From an uncultured Planctomycetota bacterium (GTDB lineage: Bacteria; Planctomycetota; PLA2; JAEUHO01): DNA of 64,000 nucleotides. Below the pieces are notes generated by a model, which saw only the letters and a list, made by a program, of their open reading frames with translations, was not told where the DNA came from and did no database searches. This document shows positions 29,689 through 37,812 of the stretch, piece by piece (position 1 is the first letter of the stretch; every line of letters starts with the position of its first letter). The translations under genes were made by a program, and so were the position numbers. The stretch covers positions 1,536,001-1,600,000 of the forward strand of contig CAVVXN010000005.1 in assembly GCA_963752285.1 (NCBI GenBank), read 5' to 3'.

Positions 29689-30839
29689 TTGCCCGTCCCC
29701 CCGGTGAGGTCGGCCGGCTCGGAGCGCACGGCTTCAGGCCGGCGGTTCGGCGGCGCGGTCGTCGGGTCCTCGTGACACCCGATGCAGGCGCGGACCTCGT
29801 TCGGCCGGACCCAGAAGGGCGTACTCCCCTCGACGACCACGCTCCCGTCGGGCCCGACGAGGTCGAGCAGCAGCGGACGGTCCGCCGGCACGCGCGCGAA
29901 GAACGAACCGTCGGCCGCGAGGGGGGCGTCGCCGAGCAGGTCGCCGTCCGGTCGCGCGCCCGACCGGAAGGGCCCGCGAAGCGCGGTCAGGCGCACGCGC
30001 GCGCCGCGTGCGCCGGCCGCGCGCGCGTCGATGGCGAAGATCCGCCCGGCCGTGCCGCCCGCCACCACGACGCTCAGGTGTCCCTGAGGACGCGCGCGGA
30101 CGCGAACGGGGAGCCACCGGACGAAGCGCCGCCCGGGCGGCGGCGCGGGGCCGGGGACCGTCGTCGGCGTCGCGGGCGTCTCCTCGGCATCGGGAAGGGC
30201 CGCCGCGCCGGTCCCGTCGGGGAACACCGCGAACGGCACGAGCGCGTTCGCCGCGGGCGTCCACGCGTCGTAGCGGATCCGACCGTCGGCGAGCGCGGCG
30301 GGATCGACGTCGAAGCCCGCGCCGAACGTGATCCGCTCGGGTGTCCCGCCGGCGGTGCCGACGGCGATCGCGTACGCCGGCGCGCCGGCGACGGGTCCCT
30401 CGGCCGCCACCTGGATCACGCACGCGATCCGGCCGTCCGCGAGCACGGCGGGCTCGGCGAGGTCCGACGGCGCGGCGAGCACGACGCGCGGCGCGCCGCC
30501 CTCGAGGTCGCACGCGTAGACCGCGTAGGGCGCGCCCGCCGTCGGCTGCGCGGTGAAGTAGACCGTCCGCGCGGAGGCGTCGAGGGCGGCGCCGCCCGCC
30601 GCGAAGAGACCGGCCGAGACCTCGCGGGTGCGCTCGGGGTGCCCGGGCTCGAGGAGCAGGAGCCGCGCGCCGGCGGGGTAGCGCTCCTCGGGGACCGCGC
30701 GGGCCCCTTCGGCGCCGGCCGGCACCTCGGTGACGAGGACCCGGTCCCCGACGGCGGCGAACGGCGGCGGCGGACGGCCGCAGCCCAGGGGCGCCGCGGC
30801 GAGCACGGCGAGCGCGGCGAGGACGGCGAGACGCCACAT
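29685..30839 (-). CDS. Lipoprotein with TolB-like propeller blades and hydrazine synthase alpha middle domain (mono-haem)
   Basis: Lipobox PLGC; RITFG..DVDPAALADGRIRY..W...PDGTG; ADGSFFARVPADRP...WVRPNEVRACIGCHE (CXXCH at 29772-29786). Confidence 0.82.
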   Translation of the reverse strand: MWRLAVLAALAVLAAAPLGCGRPPPPFAAVGDRVLVTEVPAGAEGARAVPEERYPAGARLLLLEPGHPERTREVSAGLFAAGGAALDASARTVYFTAQPTAGAPYAVYACDLEGGAPRVVLAAPSDLAEPAVLADGRIACVIQVAAEGPVAGAPAYAIAVGTAGGTPERITFGAGFDVDPAALADGRIRYDAWTPAANALVPFAVFPDGTGAAALPDAEETPATPTTVPGPAPPPGRRFVRWLPVRVRARPQGHLSVVVAGGTAGRIFAIDARAAGARGARVRLTALRGPFRSGARPDGDLLGDAPLAADGSFFARVPADRPLLLDLVGPDGSVVVEGSTPFWVRPNEVRACIGCHEDPTTAPPNRRPEAVRSEPADLTGGTGK

Positions 30840-30956
30840 GGTCGAGGCCCCACGATACGTCCCCGCCCCTCCGGGCCGGCCGCGCGGCGGGAGCGTTCGG
30901 CCCCCGGGCGCTCCCGCCGCGCGGGTCGGATACCCTCGACCGGTCAGGTCCGCCCG

Positions 30957-32252
30957 ATGGACGTCGTCCCCCTCGATCCGCGCCGCAACCCCGGCTTCCT
31001 CAAGCTCGACCTCTTCTGTCGGGGCGCGCGGCTCGATCCCTCGTGCGCGGTCGAGGACGACGGAGGCCGACCCGTGCTTCGCGCCCGGGCGGGGCTCGGC
31101 TCCGGACTCGAGCTCGTGCTCGCGCACGGGATCCACGTCAACGTGCCCGTGACCGAGCCCTTCGCGGCGAGGAGCCCGTACGCCATCCGCCGGGAGGTGG
31201 ACGCGCGGGGCCGCGCGCGGTACGTGCTCCTGCACGACGGGCGGGTGGTGACGACGGTGCGGCTCGCGCCGCGGCCGCGCTGGTACGACGAGCGGACGCG
31301 CTCGGGTCGGGCGATGCGTCGCGTGGGCACGCTCCAGGGCACGTACCTGGCCGTGTACCCGGCGGAGGTCTGCCACTTCTGGGTGAAGGGGCCCGAACGC
31401 CCCGCCCGCGAGAACTGCCGCTTCTGCTCCGTGGGGCTGAACCTCGGCGCGGACGAGGAGCCGGAGAAGAGCGTCGACGAGGTCCTGGAGGTGGTGCACG
31501 CCGCGCGACGCGAGAGCCGTATCACGTACGTGGACTTCAACACGGGCCACTACGACGGTTCCGAGTACCTCTCGATCCTCGAGCCGTACGTGCGCCGGGT
31601 GAAGCGGGAGACCGGTCTGCTCGTCGGCGTGCAGACGCCGCCCTTCGCCGACCCGACCGGGTACCGGCGCCTCCGCGACATGGGCGCGAATCGGGTGAGC
31701 TTCTGCTTCGAGCTCTTCGACCGCGAACGGTTCGAGACCCTCTGTCCGGGGAAGGCGCGGGTCTACGGCCTGGACGGATACCTCCGGGCGATCGAGCACT
31801 CGCTCGAGGCCGCCGCCGCGGGGCCGCGCACGGAGCCGTGGGTCGTGAACGGCGAGCTCATCGCCGGGCTCGAGTCCCCCGGCAAGAGCATCGAGGCGAT
31901 CGAGTGGCTCACGGCGCGCGGCGCCATCCCGACCGTCTGCGTGTTCCGCCCGCTCACGGGAACGAACCTCGCCGACCTCGAGCCGCCCGCGACGGAGGAC
32001 CTGATCCCCGTGTTCGAGGCGCTCTGGGCGAGGACCATGGAGCGGGGCCTTCCCATCGGGGTCGCGCCCGGGATCCACGTGAGCCTCGTGCTGCTGCCCG
32101 ACGAGGCGCGCTGGCTCGTCCGGGACCCGGCGCTCCTCCGCGCGTTCGCCGGGCGGGAACGGCGCCGCCGGATCCAGAAGGCCGCGTTCGCCACCGCGTT
32201 CTACGGCCGCCTCGCGCTCCGCCGGCGGGCGGCGTCGCCCGCACGCGGATAG
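30957..32252 (+). CDS. Radical SAM protein (MSMEG_0568/biotin-synthase-like fold) with CX14CX2C motif
   Basis: CHFWVKGPERPARENCRFC, RAGLGSGLEL, FELFDRERF...CPGK, LIAGLE, PTVCVFRPLTGT. Confidence 0.85.
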   Translation: MDVVPLDPRRNPGFLKLDLFCRGARLDPSCAVEDDGGRPVLRARAGLGSGLELVLAHGIHVNVPVTEPFAARSPYAIRREVDARGRARYVLLHDGRVVTTVRLAPRPRWYDERTRSGRAMRRVGTLQGTYLAVYPAEVCHFWVKGPERPARENCRFCSVGLNLGADEEPEKSVDEVLEVVHAARRESRITYVDFNTGHYDGSEYLSILEPYVRRVKRETGLLVGVQTPPFADPTGYRRLRDMGANRVSFCFELFDRERFETLCPGKARVYGLDGYLRAIEHSLEAAAAGPRTEPWVVNGELIAGLESPGKSIEAIEWLTARGAIPTVCVFRPLTGTNLADLEPPATEDLIPVFEALWARTMERGLPIGVAPGIHVSLVLLPDEARWLVRDPALLRAFAGRERRRRIQKAAFATAFYGRLALRRRAASPARG

Positions 32253-32260
32253 CCCGTCCG

Positions 32261-32944
32261 TCAGGACAGGTGGAGGTGGTCCAGGTGCGGCCCCGAGGCG
32301 TCCCCGGACGAGAGTCCCGGAGGATGGGGCTCGTCCGCGTCGCTCGCGAGCTGGTCCCAGAAGCGGAAGAACGCCTCGCGCGTGATGGTCCAGCGCCCGC
32401 CCTGCTTCTTCCACGGGCCGAGGCGGCCCTCGTGGATGCGGCGGCGCACCTCGCGCTCGTCCAGGCCGAGCTGGGGCGCGACGTCCTTCGGGGATAGCAC
32501 GGGCTGGTCGAGCGGTGCCGCGCGGTGGTTTCCGCCGTCGAGGTCGATGCGGTCCCAGCCCCGGGGCGCCTGCATCGCGGTCAGGACGTCCGCGATCACC
32601 CCCTCCCGAAACGTCTGGACCATGGAGAGCCACGCGCTCGCGGAGGTCGTGCTGTACGCGCCGCGACGGTAGTCCTGGATCAGCTCGCGAACCTGGGACT
32701 CCCGCTCCTCGACCCTCCGGAGCGCCCACGCGTTCCGGCCGCTCGCCTCGATCTTCGTGGCGACGGCGCGAAGCCCCGCGGGGCTCGCGTACACGGCGTG
32801 CGCGATCGGTGCGCCGATCACCGCGTCGGGGTCGTCCGCCGCCAGCGCCTCGTACGGTCCAGAGAGCGCGTCGAGGGCGAGGCTCACCGCCTCGCGAACG
32901 CCCTCCAGGGCCTCGCAGACGTCTCCTTCGCCCAGGTCGCGCAT
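32261..32944 (-). CDS. Hypothetical protein with C-terminal excisionase/MerR-like (HTH_17) DNA-binding domain
   Basis: LSPKDVAPQLGLDEREVRRRIHEGRLGPWKKQGGRWTI. Confidence 0.7.
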   Translation of the reverse strand: MRDLGEGDVCEALEGVREAVSLALDALSGPYEALAADDPDAVIGAPIAHAVYASPAGLRAVATKIEASGRNAWALRRVEERESQVRELIQDYRRGAYSTTSASAWLSMVQTFREGVIADVLTAMQAPRGWDRIDLDGGNHRAAPLDQPVLSPKDVAPQLGLDEREVRRRIHEGRLGPWKKQGGRWTITREAFFRFWDQLASDADEPHPPGLSSGDASGPHLDHLHLS

Positions 32945-33216
32945 GCGTGCTCCGTGTCTATGGGGACGTCCAACGGACATCCGAGTACGCCCGCGATTCT
33001 ACCTGCGAACCGCGCAGTGGAGACCGCCGTGAAGGGCGGGGAAAGCGTTGACGAGCGGCCGTGCACAGGGAGTCGGCCCCGGCCGAATTCCCTTGTCGTG
33101 CCGCAGGATCGTCCCTACCGTGATTCCGTCCCGGGCGGGGGCAGGTCGGGCGCGGGCATCCCGAGTGGTTCCACGCGCCGGGGTCTCCGTTCCCAGGGAT
33201 GGAGACGGCTGCGAGG

Positions 33217-33477
33217 ATGCCCGAGACGCGAGTCTACGTCGGGAACCTTCCCTTCGCCTGTAGCGAGGAAGAGCTCGCCCGCATCTTCCGACCGTATGGC
33301 GAGGTCGCGTCGGTCGAGCTCATCGTCAAGCGCCAGAACGGTCGCCCGCGCGGTTTCGCCTACGTCGAGATGCGTCAGGTGGACGGGGCGAGGAGCGCGA
33401 TCGAGGGACTCGACGGCGTCACGTTCTCGGGCCGCACGCTGAAGGTCGCGCAGGCCCTGCCGCCCAATCACGCCTGA
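33217..33477 (+). CDS. RNA recognition motif (RRM) RNA-binding protein
   Basis: RNP2 VYVGNL, RNP1 RGFAYVEM, GRTLKV. Confidence 0.92.
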   Translation: MPETRVYVGNLPFACSEEELARIFRPYGEVASVELIVKRQNGRPRGFAYVEMRQVDGARSAIEGLDGVTFSGRTLKVAQALPPNHA

Positions 33478-33722
33478 CCCGCGAGGCCGGGGCCCGACCC
33501 GCGCCCGAGGGCGAGGGCGGCGACCACGTCGCGGCCGGACGGGCGCGCGCGGCGCCGAAGGCCCCGAGCGGTAGCGCCGAAGCACGCGGTTGGCGCCCGG
33601 CCCCTGGCCCGGAATCGGCCCGCGATCTACCATGACGCGCGAACGAGGGCACCCCGCCGCGCGGAGGTGTCTGGACCCGAATGCGCGGGCGAGGCGCCCC
33701 CGAGACCCGAAGGGGGGCCGCC

Positions 33723-34193
33723 ATGACGAGTCGTCGTTTGACCGCGTTCCTCGACGCGAACGGCGTCGAGTACGAGATCCTCCATCACCGCCCGGACTTC
33801 ACCGCCCAGGAGACCGCCGAGGACACGCACACGCCGGGACGCGAGTTCGCCAAGACGGTGATCCTCGACGTCGGCGTGGGAGGGCACGCGATGGCCGTCG
33901 TGCCCGCCGTCTGCCATCTCGACCTCGAGCGGATCCGCCACGAGATCGGCACGAGCCGCGTACGGCTCGCCGACGAGTCGGAGATGCGGGCGCTCTGTCC
34001 CGACTGCGAGGTCGGCGCGGCGCCGCCGTTCGGGAACCTCTACGCGGTGCCCGTCTTCGTCGATCCCTCGCTCGCCGAGGACGAGTACGTCACCTTCAAC
34101 GCGGGATCGCACGACACCGCGGTCCGGATGCGCTATTCCGAGTTCCGGCGCCTCGTCGCGCCGACCGAGCTCGGGATGGTGGCGTACGCCTGA
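33723..34193 (+). CDS. YbaK/EbsC aminoacyl-tRNA deacylase family protein
   Basis: FTAQETA, AKTVIL, DCEVGAAPPFGNLY, FNAGSH. Confidence 0.9.
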   Translation: MTSRRLTAFLDANGVEYEILHHRPDFTAQETAEDTHTPGREFAKTVILDVGVGGHAMAVVPAVCHLDLERIRHEIGTSRVRLADESEMRALCPDCEVGAAPPFGNLYAVPVFVDPSLAEDEYVTFNAGSHDTAVRMRYSEFRRLVAPTELGMVAYA

Positions 34194-34274
34194 ACGCGCG
34201 GGCCTCGGGACCGGTGCACGTCGCGCCGGCCGCCGGCGCGGGACCGTTCCCCGCGTCGTACCATGACCCGATCC

Positions 34275-35369
34275 ATGACCGAAGACGCCTCCCCCTTCAC
34301 GGTACCCACGCGCTGGTGGCACCGGCTCGACGACGGTCGCGTGCAGTGCGACCTCTGCCCCCGCCTCTGCCGACTCCACGACGGGCAGCGGGGCTTCTGC
34401 TTCGTCCGCGCCGCGCGGGACGGCGCCGTCGTGCTCGAGAGCTGGGGCCGCGCGAGCGGGTTCTGCGTGGACCCGATCGAGAAGAAGCCGCTGGACCACT
34501 TCCTCCCGGGAACCGCGGTGTTGTCGTTCGGCACGGCCGGCTGCAACCTGGGCTGCCGCTTCTGCCAGAACTGGGACATCTCGAAGTCGCGCGAGATCCA
34601 GACGCTCTCCGAGCCCGCCCGGCCCGAGACGATCGCCGCCGCCGCCGAGCGTCTCGGGTGTCGGAGCGTCGCGTTCACGTACAACGACCCCGTGATCTTC
34701 TCCGAGTACGCCGTGGACGTGGCCCGCGCGTGCCACGATCGGGGCGTCAGGACCGTGGCGGTCACGGCGGGCGAGATCCTGCCGGAGCCGCGCGTCGAGC
34801 TCTTCGCCCACATGGACGCGGCCAACATCGACCTGAAGGGCTTCACGGAGCGGTTCTACAAGGTCCTCTGCTCCGCGAGCCTCGCCCCGGTTCTCGACAC
34901 GCTCGAGTACGTGCGCCACGAGACCTCCACCTGGCTCGAGATCACGACCCTCCTGATCCCGGGGTGGAACGACGCGGACGCCGAGATCGACGAGATGACG
35001 ACGTGGGTCGCCGATCGCCTCGGCGTGGACGTCCCCCACCACTTCACGGCCTTCCACCCCGACTGGCGCCTCCGCGACGTGCCGGCGACGCCGCCCGAGA
35101 CGCTCTCGCGCGCGCGGGAGATCGCCCGAAGGAACGGCCTTCGTCACGTGTACACCGGAAACGTCTACGACCCCGAGGGGCAGAGCACGCGCTGCGCGGG
35201 GTGCGGGGCGGTCGTGATCGGGCGATCCGGGTACGAGGTGACGGCCTGGCGTCTCGACGCGGTGGGCCGGTGCCGCGCCTGCTCCGAGCGCCTTCCGGGC
35301 GTCTTCGAGGAGGCCCCGGGGACCTGGGGCGCGCGTCGCCTCCCGGTCCGGCTCTCCTCCGCCGTCTGA
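34275..35369 (+). CDS. amrS: AmmeMemoRadiSam system radical SAM enzyme
   Basis: CDLCPRLC, DPIEKKPL.HFLPG, GCNLGCRFCQNWDIS, YTGNV; alternative start at 34263. Confidence 0.92.
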   Translation: MTEDASPFTVPTRWWHRLDDGRVQCDLCPRLCRLHDGQRGFCFVRAARDGAVVLESWGRASGFCVDPIEKKPLDHFLPGTAVLSFGTAGCNLGCRFCQNWDISKSREIQTLSEPARPETIAAAAERLGCRSVAFTYNDPVIFSEYAVDVARACHDRGVRTVAVTAGEILPEPRVELFAHMDAANIDLKGFTERFYKVLCSASLAPVLDTLEYVRHETSTWLEITTLLIPGWNDADAEIDEMTTWVADRLGVDVPHHFTAFHPDWRLRDVPATPPETLSRAREIARRNGLRHVYTGNVYDPEGQSTRCAGCGAVVIGRSGYEVTAWRLDAVGRCRACSERLPGVFEEAPGTWGARRLPVRLSSAV

Positions 35370-35423
35370 CCCGCGTCGGATTTCGCGCGATAGCATGGCG
35401 GCCTTCGCGGAGGAGGGTCCCCC

Positions 35424-35960
35424 ATGGTGCGTCCGCTCCGTCTCCCGCCCGGCAGCGTCCGGGCCCTCCTCCTCCTCGGGCTGACCGCACGCGCGGTGCT
35501 CGAGCTCCGCCGCGCGAGCGACCTCGAGCCGTGGCTCGTCGCCGCGGTGGCGATGGCCGCGGCGTCGTACTTCGCGGCGCGTTCGGCCGGCATGGGCAAC
35601 CGGGCGCCGGCGCACCGCCATCCGCTCTACCTGCCGGCGGGAACGGTGCGGCTCCTCTTCCTCGTCGCCGCCGCCTACGGCGCGTGGCTGTGGTTCCACA
35701 CGCACGGGACCTCCATCGGCGCCCTCCCCGTGATCTGGATCTTCATCGCGTACGCCCTCGGCCTGATCGTCCGGTGGGTGAACCGAAGGCGTCTCTACTC
35801 GCTCGAGGCCGCGGCCACGTACTTCGAGCACCTGAGCGCGGTCGTCTCGCTCCTCGCCGTGGCGGCCCTCGTGTGGCGCGGCGTGACGCCGGCCGACTCG
35901 ACGGGATGGGTGGACCCGCTCCTCGCGGCGATCGGCGTCCACTACTTCGCGACGCGGTGA
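35424..35960 (+). CDS. Hypothetical membrane protein with duplicated PLxLPxGxVR motif
   Basis: PLRLPPGSVRALL and PLYLPAGTVRLL; both halves end in YFAxR; GGAGG SD. Confidence 0.75.
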   Translation: MVRPLRLPPGSVRALLLLGLTARAVLELRRASDLEPWLVAAVAMAAASYFAARSAGMGNRAPAHRHPLYLPAGTVRLLFLVAAAYGAWLWFHTHGTSIGALPVIWIFIAYALGLIVRWVNRRRLYSLEAAATYFEHLSAVVSLLAVAALVWRGVTPADSTGWVDPLLAAIGVHYFATR

Positions 35961-35996
35961 CGCGCGTCCCGGGGCGGAGGACGAGAGCGCGGCGTC

Positions 35997-37010
35997 TCAC
36001 GCCTCCGGCGGGACGCGCCGCGCGAGGAGGAAGGCTTCGTCCGCCTCGAGGAGGCCGTCGCCTCGCCGCCAGCGGAGCCCGGCGACGCGGGATCCCTCGT
36101 CCGCGAGGCGGACGGCGGTCAGGGCCGCGCCCCGGAGGTCGGCACCCTCCAGGTCCGCGCCACGCAGGTCCGCGCCCTCGACGTCGGCGCCCCGAAGGTC
36201 CGCACCGCGAAGCGACGCGCCCCTCAGGTCCGACCGGGAGAGGTTCGCCTCTCGGAGATCCACCCCGTCGAGCCGGGCTCCGCGCAGGTCGCTCGCGCGG
36301 ATCGCGAGCCCTCGCAGGTCGCGGTCGAGCGGATCCCAGCCCGCGAGGTCCACGCCGAGCAGCCGCCGACCGCGGAAGGCGCCGAGTCGTCGCGCGGTCC
36401 GGAGTCGGAGGACGTCTTCGGGCCGGATGGTCCCGGTCACGAAGCGCTCCTCGCGACTCGGGTCGGCGTCGTTGTGGTAGCCGGCCTCGCGCTCCCAGTA
36501 GCCGAGCGGGTCGGTGGCGAGGAGCTCGACGCGCCGCAGCCACTTGAGGCTCTTGTAGAGGTAGCGGCCGGGCGTCAGCGTGCGCACCGGCCCGCCGTGC
36601 TCGAGGGGAAGGGCCCCCCCCTCGAGACCATGGACCACCCAGGTCCCCTCGCGGGCGATCCGAACGGGGATCGTCGTGTCGTGCCCGCGTCGCGAGTGCG
36701 CCACGAGGCGCACGAACCGGGCCTCGTCGGCGGCCCGGGCGCGATCGAGCCACCGGGCCAGGGGGAAGCCCACGAAGGCGACCGCGCGGCGCGTCCAGCC
36801 CGTGACGCAGTGGAGGTCGAACGTCAGCGCCGTCGCGGGTTCTCGACGAAGCTCCGCGATCGAGACCGAGAAGGGCGCTTCGACGAGTCCCGTCACCTCG
36901 ACCACGAGCCCGTCGGGATCGACGTCATCGCCGAAGGGGGTCGCCTCGCCCACGAGCGGGAAGCGGCGCGTCTCGACCTGACCGGGCGGGAGGGACGACT
37001 CGTCGGGCAT
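35997..37010 (-). CDS. Molybdopterin-dependent oxidoreductase (sulfite-oxidase/MsrP-like) fused to pentapeptide repeats
   Basis: LPPGQ, DLHCVTGW, LPLEHGGPVR, YLYKSLKWL, GYWEREAGYH; then SDLRG-ARLDG-VDLRE-ANLSR-SDLRG-ASLRG-ADLRG... Confidence 0.88.
   Translation of the reverse strand: MPDESSLPPGQVETRRFPLVGEATPFGDDVDPDGLVVEVTGLVEAPFSVSIAELRREPATALTFDLHCVTGWTRRAVAFVGFPLARWLDRARAADEARFVRLVAHSRRGHDTTIPVRIAREGTWVVHGLEGGALPLEHGGPVRTLTPGRYLYKSLKWLRRVELLATDPLGYWEREAGYHNDADPSREERFVTGTIRPEDVLRLRTARRLGAFRGRRLLGVDLAGWDPLDRDLRGLAIRASDLRGARLDGVDLREANLSRSDLRGASLRGADLRGADVEGADLRGADLEGADLRGAALTAVRLADEGSRVAGLRWRRGDGLLEADEAFLLARRVPPEA
36120..36330 (-). repeat. Pentapeptide A(D/N)LXX coding repeat (15-bp period)
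   Basis: Recurring CAGGTC/GAGGTC units on the + strand encode xDLRG repeats on the - strand; bounds approximate. Confidence 0.75.
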
Positions 37011-37056
37011 CGCCCGGCCAGCGTACGCCGGCACCGGCGCCGCGCGCGGCCCGGCG

Positions 37057-37635
37057 TCAGCGGGCGCGGGACGGGGCCGAGCGCCTCGCACCGTCCACGA
37101 GCCGGACGGCCGGCGCGACGTGACGCAGCACGAAGGCGGCGGCGGCGACGCGCGGCCTCGCGCGCTCGAAGACGACCGCGAGCGCGTGGCGTTCCCGTCC
37201 CGAGTCGCCGCAGAGCTCCTGGCGGGTGCCGACCGCGAGCGCGCCCGCGCCGAGGAGCGCGCACCGGGCGCACGGGGCCGCGTCGTCGGGCGCGGGCTCC
37301 GTGTCCACGTTCGCGACCAGATGGCGCGGGCCCCAGGCGTCGAGGGGGAGCCGCGGGTCGCCGAGCGCGCGGTCCACGGCGAGCGGCACGCGAAACGTCT
37401 CGGCGCGCCGGACCTCGCCCTCGCCGTGGCACCACGACACGACGCCGACCGGCACGAGCAGGCCGTCGGCGCAGATGGCGTCGAACACGCGGACCTCGCC
37501 CGTCGCCTCGACGCCCGCGAGCGAGAGGCCCTCGACTCCGGTCCGTTCGTCGCGCGCGCGGAGGTAGAACCCCGCCACGTCCGAGCCGGCCGGGGCGAGC
37601 GCGGGGACCGACCCGCAGGCGACGCAACCTCGCAT
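37057..37635 (-). CDS. Hypothetical protein (two CxxC motifs)
   Basis: ORF fills the gap with coding-like composition; CVAC and CARC; GGAG upstream. Confidence 0.5.
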   Translation of the reverse strand: MRGCVACGSVPALAPAGSDVAGFYLRARDERTGVEGLSLAGVEATGEVRVFDAICADGLLVPVGVVSWCHGEGEVRRAETFRVPLAVDRALGDPRLPLDAWGPRHLVANVDTEPAPDDAAPCARCALLGAGALAVGTRQELCGDSGRERHALAVVFERARPRVAAAAFVLRHVAPAVRLVDGARRSAPSRAR

Positions 37636-37812
37636 CGAGAGCTCCTCGGAGAGGAACGCGCGCGCGCCTCTCCCAGATGACTTCGGCCGGTACGCGGCCG
37701 GCCCTTGAGCCGGCGCGCCGCCCGCGTCACGGTCGTGTCAGCGGACGCGGTCGCGCACGCGTCCTTCCGCGCGGGCGCGGACCCGCGCCGAAGAGCCCGT
37801 AGAATCCGCCCC

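Noticed and set aside
27847..30839. Calling the organism anammox or the pair a bona fide hydrazine synthase
   Set aside because: The alpha-like chain is truncated and mono-haem, has no Tyr after CXXCH, there are no hdh/hao genes in the window, and the GC content does not fit known anammox bacteria.
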